Origin: Eledone cirrhosa
Taxonomy: Eukaryota
Assembly: GCA_964016885.1 (NCBI GenBank)
Contig: OZ024746.1
Coordinates: forward strand, 18,290,001-18,354,000
Direction: 5' to 3'
DNA length: 64,000 bases
The position numbers and the translations under genes were made by a program. The notes under the pieces were generated by a model, which worked only from the letters and a program-made list of their open reading frames with translations, did no database searches and was not told the origin of the DNA. This document shows positions 1-13,985 of this stretch, piece by piece (the first letter of the stretch is position 1; every line of letters begins with the position of its first letter).

Positions 1-1447
1 TGCAATTTGGGTTTGTGCCAGGAAGAGGCACCACTGATGCCCTCTTCCTTGTGAGGCTACAGGAAAGGTACCTAGCTAAAAGCCGCTCTACCTGGCATTC
101 GTTGATCTCGAGAAAGCCTTTGACAGAGTTCTCCGTGCTATAATCTGGTGGGCTCTTAGAAAACTAGGAGTAGATGAATGGCTTGTGAAAGCTATACAAG
201 CCATGTATAGGGGAGCAGTCAGCAAAGTTAGGATTAGCAATACGTATAGCGACGAATTTAGCATAGAGGTCCGTGTCCACCAGGGCTCTGTTCTTAGCCC
301 TCTCCTGTTCATCATAGTTCTGCAGGCAATAACGGAGGAGTTTAAGACCGGATGCCCATGGGAACTCCTGTAGGCAGATGACCTCGCACTTATAGCTGAA
401 TCTATGGTAGAACTAGAGAAGAAATTCCAAACTTGGAAGCAGGGACTAGAAAAAAGGGTCTCAAAGTCAACCTGACAAAGACTAAGGTCCTTGTAAGTAG
501 ACAAAAAAACAGAACACAGATCCCCTCAGGGGATCTGTGTTCAGTGTGTAGGAAAGGTGTAGGTAGGAACTCCATTCTCTGCCCAAAATACAAACAATGG
601 GTACACAAGAGATGTAGTGGGATCTCAGGAGCTTAACTAAGAATGTAGGCTTCACATGCAGCAGCTGTGCTGGGACAACAAGCAGCAAACAACCACAGGA
701 AACAAGTACCAACAAACTCTGGGAGGACTCTGTAGAAACAGTAGACAGCTTCTGCTACCTAGGTGACTGAATTAGCAGCGGAGGGGGGTGTTCGGAAAGT
801 ACAATAACTAGGGTAAGAACGGGATGGAAGAAGTTCAGGAAGTTACTGCCACTGCTAGCTGCAAAAGGCTTCTCCCTCAAAATGAAAGGCAGACTGTATG
901 ATGTGTGTATACGAACAGCAATATTACATGGTAGTGAGACCTGGGCACTGAAGGTGGAACACTTACGTAGATTAGAGAGAAACGAAGCCTGCATGCTCTG
1001 ATGGATGCATAATAGTAATATACGCGAACGGCAAAGCATAAACGAATTGAGAGAGGGACTGAGCATAAGAGGAATCAAATGCTGTGTGCAGGAGAGGCGG
1101 TTGCGTTGGTATGGACATGTGATGTGTATGAAGGATGACAGGTGCATAAAAAGGTGCAGAGCACTAGAAATTGATGGAAACCGCATTGATGAAGACCTGG
1201 AATGAGGTGATAAAAACCGACCTTACCCAATTACACCTCTCAAAGGCAACGACACACGACCGTGACCTCTGGCGTCACGCAGTAATACAGAGGACCCGGT
1301 CCCCAACGGGTACAAGCCAAAGCTGAAGCATATAGACAATATGCCCCCACTGCAAAATGGTCGTGGAGGTGCCACAGCAAAAAAGCACCCAGCCCACACT
1401 GTAAAGTGGACGTGTAGGTGCCACGGAAAAAAAGCACCCAGCACTTT
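1..1447 (+). mobile_element. RTE-clade LINE, RT C-terminal part plus partial 3'UTR, disrupted
   Basis: AFVDLEKAFDRV, VHQGSVLSPLLF, YADD mutated to stop (TAG GCA GAT GAC), RRLRWYGHV; frameshifts. Confidence 0.93.
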
Positions 1448-1570
1448 TTTACCATGGCGCCTACACAACGACTTACAGTGTGGACTGGGTGCTTTTTGTC
1501 GTGACACCTACACGACCATGTTACAGCAGGAGGGGCGTGGGGGCATACTGTTTATATGCTTCAGCTTGTA
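1440..1570 (-). repeat. inverted, diverged copy of the RTE 3'UTR
   Basis: reverse complement of about 1318-1445 (gcttcagcttgta versus tacaagccaaagctgaagc). Confidence 0.75.
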
Positions 1571-1756
1571 TATATACTATATATTATTTATTCTTTATCA
1601 ATAACATTAATACAAAAAATAATAATTATATTGGGGGGGGCTAAATTTTATATAGCTTAAGACCTCAGCAAACGAAAGTCCAACCCTGGTCAAAGGATGT
1701 GGTTGGGAGTATTGCATATATATATAATTGCAAAATAATAACTTTGGTCTGTTTAC

Positions 1757-1909
1757 CTTCTTTTTCAGTAGGCCATGGCTCCAAATTCTCTCAAGAAGAT
1801 CACAGAGACTGGCAATTAAGGTATTTTCTTCAACTCCCGTGATATTCACCTCTCCATGTCCCAGTTCTACTGCTTCCTGGCCCATTTTTTCTACCAACAT
1901 TCGTTTTGT
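1757..1909 (-). CDS. DENND5: DENND5 exon (RUN1 domain start); gene continues beyond left edge
   Basis: gtcag/gtaaac; [47 protein letters not shown] is near-identical to DENND5A/B as recalled; 153 nt. Confidence 0.96.
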
Positions 1910-2379
1910 CTGACAAAAAAAGAGATAAGAAATGAAAAGATGAAAAACATAGAAATAAGAATAAATTTAAAACTATGAGGATAGGCTGACTATGAAGGAG
2001 TGATGCTAGAGCTGTGTATATTTTAACCATTAGAAAAAGTAAAATGAATGCTTCATCTTAGATGGAGGAATGACTCAAAAAGAAGAAGAAGAATCATCTT
2101 TGCAACATTTCTTTATCATAATAACTTAGTTCTTGTGATATTAGGGACATCAAAATTTAAGTTTTGGCTGTACAGTGAAGTTATATATTATAGTTATTTA
2201 TGTTTATAAAAAAACAAGAATATGAAATTCTCTTAGAACATAATTACTGATTTCATCATCATCATCATTTTACGTCCGCTTTTCCCTGCTTGCAAGGGTG
2301 GGACATTTCTACATAAATATTAGCAATGCTTAATATGCTTTTTAGATGTAATGTTTATTGATTAATTTTAGAAGAGCAT

Positions 2380-2700
2380 GGACCTGTAAATCCCGAGGGA
2401 GTCATACGGATGTTGTATGACATACAGGCTTTCTAGAGCATTTTAAAACCTGGCAGAGACCATCTCTTCTCCAGGTCTGAATACAGAAGATTTCTTCTAG
2501 AGAAGGATAGAGAGAGGAAGTGAGAAAAAGATATAGAACAAGAATCAACCCCAGTAGTAGACTGGTACTTTTTTTTATCAACCTTGAATGGATGAAAAGT
2601 AAAGTTGACTTTGGCAGGATTTGAACTCAGAGAACAGATAGCTGAAACACTGCAAAGCATTCTATTAAATGTTCTAACGACTGCCAATTCGCCACCTAAT
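2380..2700 (-). mobile_element. tRNA-headed SINE family A
   Basis: box B-like gagttcaaatcc followed by gtcaactttac..ttcatcc..gataaaaaaagtaccag; many copies in the window. Confidence 0.8.
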
Positions 2701-2860
2701 TTTAGAAGAGCAAACATGCAAATTCCTGTTTGAAAATAAATAACAGGTTAGATCTAAGTGGCAGAATGGTTCCACTATAAAAGAATAAGAATGAAATCAC
2801 TATACATCTACTAAAATATCTAAAATTAAAAACAATTCTTTTACACAAAGTCTAACAAAA

Positions 2861-3034
2861 AATGTATACACACTTCAGGAAAAGAAAAACTTGTATAAAT
2901 ATTTAACCTGTTTAAATACCTCTATAAATATAAATACCTCTTTAAAAAGTTTGATCAAATTACGATAAACTATGTAAATTAATATTAAAATATCTAATTA
3001 TACAAATTTTACTTTTCCTGGAGTGTGTATACAT
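2861..3034. mobile_element. Tc1/mariner-like MITE remnant
   Basis: about 35-bp imperfect inverted repeats atgtatacacacttcaggaaaag / cttttcctggagtgtgtatacat. Confidence 0.6.
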
Positions 3035-3086
3035 ATTATTAACAAAGTTTATATATGATGCATTAAAATTAGCAAAGTAACTAAAC

Positions 3087-3212
3087 CTTAGTTCGACATT
3101 CTTTCAACAATGTTTCCACAAACTGCCAGTTTCTTTGTGCCATCGCAGACTTTGACATATCGGAGAGCTTGGGATTTCGTAAAACTATAGAGTGAGCTTC
3201 TTGAATACATTT
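3087..3212 (-). CDS. DENND5: DENND5 exon (pre-RUN1)
   Basis: taacag/gtttag; [42 protein letters not shown]; 126 nt, phase 0 to 0. Confidence 0.92.
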
Positions 3213-3312
3213 CTGTTAACAAATTAAAAGAAAAAAATCTGATATTGAGTAAAAATAAAATACTTTATGATTATATGAAATGAAAACCTGAAATTTAAAG
3301 GAAAACTAATAA

Positions 3313-3500
3313 TTGTTTCTACTTTTGCACAAGGCCAGCAATTACCCAGTGTATTACTGGTACTTTATTTTATCGACCCTGTAAGGATGAAAGGCTAAGT
3401 TAACCTCGGCGGGATTTGAACTCAGAATAGCAAGGGCCATAACTCAATGCGTCAAAGCATGGCATCCGACCCTCTACCGATACGGCCAATCCACCGCCCT
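3313..3500 (-). mobile_element. SINE family A; further copies at about 11473-11690(-), 18240-18565(-), 35860-36095(+), 41335-41660(-), 46675-46955(-), 47563-47745(-), 47795-48012(-), 51130-51303(+), 51520-51620(-), 55427-55607(+)
   Basis: tRNA-like head ggcggtggattggc..ggtagag..gagttcaaatcccgccgagg; shared core gcctttcatccttacggggtcgataaaataaagtaccag; tail ggccttgtgccaaaagtagaaac. Confidence 0.85.
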
Positions 3501-3839
3501 TAAGGAAAACTAATAATATCATAAAATTATAAATAAAACCGTTGATACTGTCTTCATCAGTGGTAAATTTGCTTGTATTTTTTTCTTTTTTTTACGATTT
3601 TGTTAGTTTTCTTATTTGGTTTAAATCTTCAATTCAGTCATATAATCAACATACTCCAGGGGTTGATTTTTGAAAAGAAATAAGGAAAAGATTGAATAAT
3701 ACTTTTTTTTAAAATATGTTATGGTGTGGTTAATTTTGTTATCCATTTATAACTTTCTAGAAAAGGCAGTTAATATTTGACATAATGCTCAAAATAAATA
3801 AAATCATACTACAGACACACACATACTATGTGGTACAGT

Positions 3840-4015
3840 GAAGGCGTATGGCTTATTTTTTAGAGTGTTGGGTTTGCAATTGGGAGGTTGTGGCTTTGAT
3901 TCTCAGACCAAGCAGTATATTGTGTCCTTGAGCAAGACACTTTATTCCACATTACTCCAGTTGACTCAGCTGTAGAAATGAGTTGTGACATCACTGGTGC
4001 CAAGCTGTATCAGCT
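3840..4015 (+). mobile_element. tRNA-headed SINE family B; further copies at about 5560-5660(-), 12690-12940(-), 13050-13330(-), 19080-19360(-), 20150-20370(-), 20785-20925(+), 32385-32660(-), 34770-34880(-), 37955-38400(+), 39630-39867(+), 40660-40890(-), 52235-52520(-), 55160-55390(-), 63825-64000(+)
   Basis: head ggcttagtggttagag..gagttcaattc; conserved core tgtgtccttgagcaagacactttatttcacattgctccagtttactcagctgtagaaatg. Confidence 0.85.
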
Positions 4016-4997
4016 GGTACTATGCATCAACTACTAGCTCTTCTTTGGTTAACTAACACCTTTAATCATCACAACCCAGAGATAGACTGATACTGCACAT
4101 CAACTATTAGCCTTTCTTTTGTTAACTAATTTTGTCCATCAGTCCTGGCAGCTCAGTGTGAGATGATTTCTATAAAGATGAAACAATTTTTGTAACTTAA
4201 CATCTGGTAGTAATTTAGCAGAAAATATCTTAAAATAGGTTTGTTAATTCAAATATTTATAGTATATTTATTAGTGGACCGATTATTGTAAACATTTGCA
4301 GTATTAGAATAAACGCTTTATTTCTTTTTATGTAGTGTAGCCATAGCAATATGTTGTTCTTTTCACGAATGCCTTGCAGATGCAGTTGCAAGTGGTTCAG
4401 GGATTTAATCTATTTGTAAAGATTATTTAATCTTTACAATAAGAAAAAATTATAGGAAAAAGACTCATCTATAAAGAAAGCTTTCATAAAAAATCCACAT
4501 AAGATATATTACTGATTTAGATGAAAGGTATTTTATTGGTCGGGTCAGGTTTCTGCCTGCTACTGATACAAAGTAACCTAGTACAACCTGCTTAATGGTC
4601 AAGTAGTCAGCGACTGAACTGGCTACCCACCAGACTCTGGTCTGGTAAGGAGGGTAAATAGAACCCTGTCAGCTACACCCGACATGATCAAAACGAAACA
4701 GAAAGAGATGGAAATCAACCAGGGAGGGGTTCTTCCAACTGGAGTGAGAAGACTCAAGACTGGATTGAATTTTAGATCAGCAGCCAATATTCTTAGAAAG
4801 ATATTTTATTGGGAATTTTCATTATCATTCAGTGTTATGAACAAGCTGGCACAACAATATATCTATGCACAAGGTACATGCAAAAACGTTGCATGCGTGT
4901 GCAAGCATGTGTATGTGTGTGTGTGTTTATGTATCCAAGTAAAATTACAGCCCAATCAACTATTTTCAAAGACAACATTGCACTAATCCTGTTATCC

Positions 4998-7780
<2,783 letters not shown>

Positions 7781-8844
7781 TCTATATATATAAAGGGAAG
7801 ATGAACATTGTTTGGTGTTCCCAACTTGCATGCTACACCGTTCATCCAATTTTCATGAAACCTCACATATATATAAAACTCAACGCATAGAGTGGCTACT
7901 CGAAATTTTCGAAAAATCGATAATCGGGCCCTATGACAGAATGTTTTTCGATTCCAATGAAATTTTATGTGAATTCGAACACAAGAACTCTTAGTTTACA
8001 TCTGGCACAATAAAAATAAATTTCATATGCCCATATAAGGACGTGCCTTATTGATTGGACGGCCAGCTGCATGTCTTCCCAGCTGTCTCAGTAAACGACC
8101 GACCATTAAAGAGTTTATCTTTTCATATTCCACCTTATTCAAGTGGAAATACAGTATCATCCCTATCTGAAAAGGGAACCAAATTTAATGTTGTCTTTTG
8201 TGATGCTAAAAGCTGTGAGCAAATTTTCAAACAGTCTTAAATAATCATGCTTTTTGAAAAAAAAAATGATTAAATAATACGTTGACCAAGTTGTATTGTA
8301 CACATACAAAGTTGTAAAAAATGTTACTTCCGTACCAATGTTTTCCTTTTTTAAACAATTCTAAAAAATTACTTAATTTATAATACAGTCTTTTGCACAG
8401 GAAGTGAGTAACTTTTCAGGTGTTTAAACGTAAGTTCACCAGGGTTTGTGTCTTCATTATTAGCCCACCTCTAATGGCATTTTTTGTTCTGCTTACGACT
8501 AAATGTTATGAGCGTATTTGCAATTAATTGCGCACACGTGCACACCTGCATGCAGATAGACACTGACAGCCAATAAAAAATCGATAACTTGCTTATTAAG
8601 ATATCGGTCAAAAAGAGAGATTGAATGTACTTTAGAACATTTTTTGAATATATTGTTCTTTTTGGCATATGTCAGAAATATAGCTACTATACACTTTGGT
8701 TATTTTTTGTAACTAAAAAACGGTTCCTTTTGGGTGGATACTTAACGAGAAAAATCCTAGGGTTTTGGACAAGTTTGTTTCAGGCGCTGTATAGACGCCT
8801 ATTTTGTCACACCTTGGTCATGAATTTGTATTCTTTTCCAATAG

Positions 8845-9100
8845 ATATTTTCCGCTCTATAAGGCTCACCAGGATATAAGGCGTATCATTTAAAATCAGG
8901 TCCACGCAACGGCGTGTAAGGCCAACCAGGAAAATGCTATCTTCTTTACTTTTAGTCTAGATCTATTACTTCTGTTAGAGCCGTGATTGATTACCATTGT
9001 ATTATTTATACATAAGGCTCACCGGAGTATAAACTGCAGAGCTGTTTTTTTATTAAATTTAATTATTTTAAGTGCAATTTATAGACCGGAAAATTCGGTA
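8845..9100. mobile_element. pogo/Tigger-like MITE nested in the Helitron
   Basis: attttccgctctataagg ... ttatagaccggaaaattcgg-ta termini with internal repeated ataaggctcacc motifs. Confidence 0.55.
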
Positions 9101-9222
9101 AGTTATTGTAATCATATTTCCAAACCTTCCCATTCACCAGTAACCATGCTAACGAATCTGGTGTCATCTCTCTCTGTATTTAATCACCTCTCTCTAACCT
9201 AACAGCTTCGTTACACGTCGTT

Positions 9223-9781
9223 ATGCCCACACGGAAACATTCAAGACTTACCTCCAAAAAAGGTACAGCTACTGCTTTGAGACAACGAATTAGGCGTTCT
9301 CAGGTATGAGTTCATTCACAATTGATTAATCCTTTCTGCAATATTCTCCCTTAATGTTAGCAAGTACTGCGTTTATCCTAACTGTCACCACTTTTAAGCA
9401 ACTACAACATTCTAATCGTAGTTGTATTAAATTTATTGTCTTACCTTGATTCCCTTTTGTTCATGTTAGACTTTTCTCATTTACTATTGACACTGCCATT
9501 GGCTTAGCTAACCAGTAGAATTAATTAATTTTCTCTAGGAAACACCTGCTGAGCGCGAATCTCGACTCGCTGATAGACGTCTTTCCCGGCTGGTTGAGTC
9601 ACCAACATCACGTACGACAAGGCTTGCTGATGTTCGCCTTCGTCGCCAACAAGCGCTGACGGAGGAATCACCAACATCCCGTCAGACGTGGCTTGAGGCT
9701 GTGGCAAAGGGCAATAACCCTAGATACAATTTTGATCAACTTTTTTTCACCTATAGCAAATTTACTGGGACAGGTTTTTAG
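9223..9781 (+). CDS. Helitron-derived spliced mini-ORF (exons 9223-9303 and 9539-9781), 107 aa with STPR-like repeats
   Basis: MPTRKHSRLTSKKGTATALRQRIRRSQ|gtatgag...ttctctag|ETPAERESRLADRRLSRLVESPTSRTTRLADVRLRRQQALTEESPTSRQTWLEA...TAG; phase-0 GT-AG intron. Confidence 0.6.
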
Positions 9782-10318
9782 CTACTCAAATCTACTTCAG
9801 AGATCACGCATTGATGTAAAAAAATCAATAAAACTGAAGCAGGGCTCGACTTTGCGCAAAAAAACAAGGCAAAGTTACACATGGGAAAACTTTTTACAGG
9901 AACGTCCTATATTCTTGAAAACTGTCACAAAGGACTCGCCATTATGCCGCGGTTAAGATAAAGGCCCTTTTAATTCTTCTTCTGGACATGTGAGCGCAAA
10001 AATTGTAAAAAAAAAAAAAACCCTGAAAGTAATCGACATTTTCACCCTGCTTTAAATTAACTGAACATTCAATATCAAGCGATTTTGACTTCCGTCAGTC
10101 GTGCAGAGAACAATTTCAACGATACACTGTGTAACTACAATTAATAAATTACACTCCTGTGTCTACTAACCTATTTTTTTTCATTGAAGTTCGAAGTTTT
10201 GAACCTGTGATGTGCGGGAAGTAACTTTCACACATTCTAACAGACCAAAGGTCGACTTACACCCGGGCAACGCCGGGTACTTCTGCTAGTATATATATAT
10301 ATTTTATATATATATATA

Positions 10319-10358
<40 letters not shown>

Positions 10359-10622
10359 TAATATATATATATATATACACACACACACAGAAAGAATCAT
10401 CATACTGTAATGTTCACTTTCAATGCTGGCATAGATTGGATAAGCCATAATAGGTCTAGTCAGTTATTATTTGAAGTTAGAGATGATGATGATGATGACT
10501 AGCCACCCTAGATGGCCCAGGGAGCCACATTTCACTCATATATCACAAAGTCATATGTTCCATTTTTGGCATAGTTTCTGTGGCTGGATAACTCTTCTAA
10601 CATTAAACACTTGTCAGAGTGT

Positions 10623-10672
<50 letters not shown>

Positions 10673-12159
10673 TACATATGTATACACACATACAAATGTA
10701 CACATGGACACACAAACAGACACACATAATGAAATCTGCTTCCATTGTTTGTAAACAATTGAGAAGTTATATATATCTATCTCTCTCTCTATATATATAG
10801 AGAGAGAGAGCTTTTCAATTGCTTATAAACAATGAAAGCAGATTTAGTTATTATATAAATATCTTCTTCGTCACCCACTTATTCCTGAGAGTCCTGAAAT
10901 ACTCCTTCCAACGGGTCCTGTCAGAAACAACTATCTCCAACTGATCCAGCTGGATCCACAAGCGAGACCAGCCAAGCACGTGGATGTTATCCAACCATCT
11001 CAATCGGTGTCTACCCCTGGGTCTGCTGCTGGTTGGTTTTGTTCATACAATCTGTCCAGCTATTCTTTCCTGAGACATTCTAACCACATGCCCATAGTAG
11101 TGGAGCTATGATCTATCAATTCAGAGAAGAAGTGATTCTACCTGGAGTGACTCTCTGATCTCCAAGCTACGCACTTTATCAATTCTTCCCCATAAGTAAT
11201 GAAATGATGATGTATATAGTAACTAAAATGAATAGGTTTTGTTTAAAAATTCAGTTGATATTTCATTGAATAATTAAAAAAAATATTCAGGGAAAAGTAT
11301 GATAAATACATGATCTATCATTTAGCTTTAATTTAATTTAATTCTTTAGTTATATATATTTTTGTTTGAAATACATGAGAAAGATATATGTATAATCATT
11401 TTCAAAATCCAATAAATAATAATAGTAATATTAATAATAATGGTTTCTGATCTAGGCACAAGATAATAATAATGGTTTCTGATCTAGACACAAGGCCAAC
11501 AATATTTGGGGGAGGGGAAAGTCAATTAAATCGACCCCAGTGCATTACTGGTACTTTATTTTATTGGCCCCATAAGGATGAAAGGCAAAGTTAAACTCGG
11601 TGGGATTTGAACTCAGAATGTAAAGAGCCGAAACTATGCCACAAAGCATGTTATCCGACGCTCTACTGATTACTGCCAATCCACCACTTTTAATAAATAA
11701 TGATAATAATGATAATAATAAAACAAAGTAAAACATTATGATGAAAAATAGCAAAAAGAAAAAACAAATAAATAAATAGAAAATTTTTTTTTTAAATACT
11801 AGCAAAAAGATGAAGCATAATTTTGAAATAGTTGCAGTGTTTAAAATATTCAGATATTGAAAATATAAACTAAAAAAAAAAAAGCAGTTAAGCTGTAGAC
11901 ATTCACAAAAGGTAAAAGAAAAAGGTAAAAGTATGACATTGCCAAGGCATTTCAGTAATAGGATTAATAGATATTTCCAAATTAAAGAAATGGTACCATA
12001 TTAAATTATAATATTAGTAAAAGGTTTGTTGAAGTTCATTGATAAACTAATTATATGTCATTGTATTAATTAGAACAGGTGTACAGAGATGCATGGTAAT
12101 AGGTCAGATAAAAAAATATATATTTTAAAGTAGAAAAGTAGGTTTTAAAAATAAGAAGG

Positions 12160-12224
<65 letters not shown>

Positions 12225-13859
12225 CATACATACACACAGAAACAAATGCAACTGAATGTTTGAAAAAAGAATTTATATTAATCAATATAAAAATATGCAA
12301 AGTGTGCCAAACAAGTGTTGGGTGGGAAGATAAAGCAAATTTGGTAACATTTCAAGAATAGTGATCTCATATACCCACCAAAACCTAGGCTATGAACCGA
12401 GAAACAAAACTCATTTACAAACTGCCAGCTATTGGTGCCAAATAAAAATGCAGATTATTTCACTATGTTGTTAAACTACAAACTAAAACATCACAATTCT
12501 GTCTCTACTAATGCTTTTTATACAGCTTAGTATATTTTTTTAAAATTATAACTATGTGAATATTAAAACTTGTAGAAAGCAAGGGAGCGACTACATGGAA
12601 GTTCATCCTGTGAGAAATAGTAGACAAAGGACATATTTGATACATAATCCTATCATAAAAAGTCTTAAGTCTAAAGTCTGCCTCAAGCCCAGAGACTCAT
12701 CAGGTCGGTACTTATCCCAGTTTCTGTGCTGTTAACTGAAAGTACAAGAATCCTCACTGGACAGGACACCAACCCATCACAAGGTTAAACCTCTAGCTAT
12801 TGCTGGCACTCATTTTCAGTTAGTATACTGAAGCAATGTGAAATGAAGTGTTTTGCTCAAGAACACAACATGCAATTCAGGCCAGGAATCGAACCCACAA
12901 CATTATGATCATAAGTCCAACACCCTTACCACTAGGCCATGTAAACCATAATAATTTACATTTCCACTACAAACTTGTACTAATCTATAACATGAATATC
13001 AATCCTGTAACAACTAAATTGGTCACATTACTTAAAAGTAAAGATCCCCTTTGGTCATAAATGACGATGGGTTTCACTAGAAAGTTTCCCCTCTGAGGCA
13101 CAATCCTGGGCAAGGCATTTTTGTGGAAGACCAGCAGTCACCCTACATACCAGTCTCCCTTCTCTGCAGCTCAGCAACAATGAAGTCATAACTCATTTTT
13201 TCCAGATGAACTGGAGCAACATGAAATAAAGTATCTTGTTTAAGGATACAATGCACCACTTAATCTGGGAATTGAACTCACAGCCTCATGATTGGGAGCC
13301 TAACCCAATGCTCTAACCACTAAGCCATTTAAAAATAGAAGAAAAAAAAGAAATCTAAGGTGAATCCGTGGACACGAACCCAGAATACAAGTTCTTCATT
13401 ACACTAAAAGTACTGAATATTTTACTGGACTCTAACATCTACAAATATTTTACATATATTCAAAAATGAAATATTTAGCATCACTTTGAAAATGAAGGGA
13501 GCAGTTGACTTGAAATTCATATTAAAACAAAAAAGAAACAAATATTTTAAGGTTTAAAACAAACTAAACTGGGAAAGGAAGGTGACTATAAATAACTAAA
13601 ACATATCAAAGTAAAAATCAATTGTATTTGTACCTGAACTTGTAGTGCACCTGAACACTGTACACAATAATTTTCATTATTATAATAGAAGAAAATTTAA
13701 TGACTGAAACAGTGTGCATGTGTGTGTGTGTGTGTGAGTATGCGTGTGTGTGTGTGTGTGAGTATGCATGTGTGTGTGTATACATGCATGTAATTGAATA
13801 ACGGCTGGCAAAGTAGACCTGACAAAATTCCTTTGGTTTCATCAATCGATCAAATCAAT

Positions 13860-13985
13860 CAACAAGATCCAGACCTCATTCGATTACTCAATGGGATAGA
13901 ACTCATCAAATCAGACCAAGAAAACAATGTTTCCATTGGGCTTTCCATTGTTGATACTATCTACCAGTTGCAACTCCTGGTTAAT
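13860..13985. repeat. dispersed SINE-associated module; also at about 20150-20270, 29160-29280, 30345-30560 (tandem pair), 36860-36930, 38290-38400, 39765-39867, 40660-40785
   Basis: shared acaagatcccagacctcatt..gaactcatca..gaccaaggaaacaatgtttccattggtctttcc. Confidence 0.8.

Larger units (their letters stand above)
7781..10289 (+). mobile_element. non-autonomous Helitron (about 2.5 kb)
   Basis: 5' TCTATATATATAAAG; 3' GC-rich hairpin acccgg-gcaacg-ccgggt followed by CTAG (10286-10289); inserted at A|T in (TA)n without TSD; internal RepHel-like N-terminal coding remnant. Confidence 0.85.

Noticed and set aside
3400-3500. tRNA-like A/B boxes in many places
   Set aside because: These are SINE heads followed by shared core and tail sequence; no complete cloverleaf.
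3535-3565. CUGAUGA with a possible stem II on the minus strand
   Set aside because: GAAA and stem III are missing.
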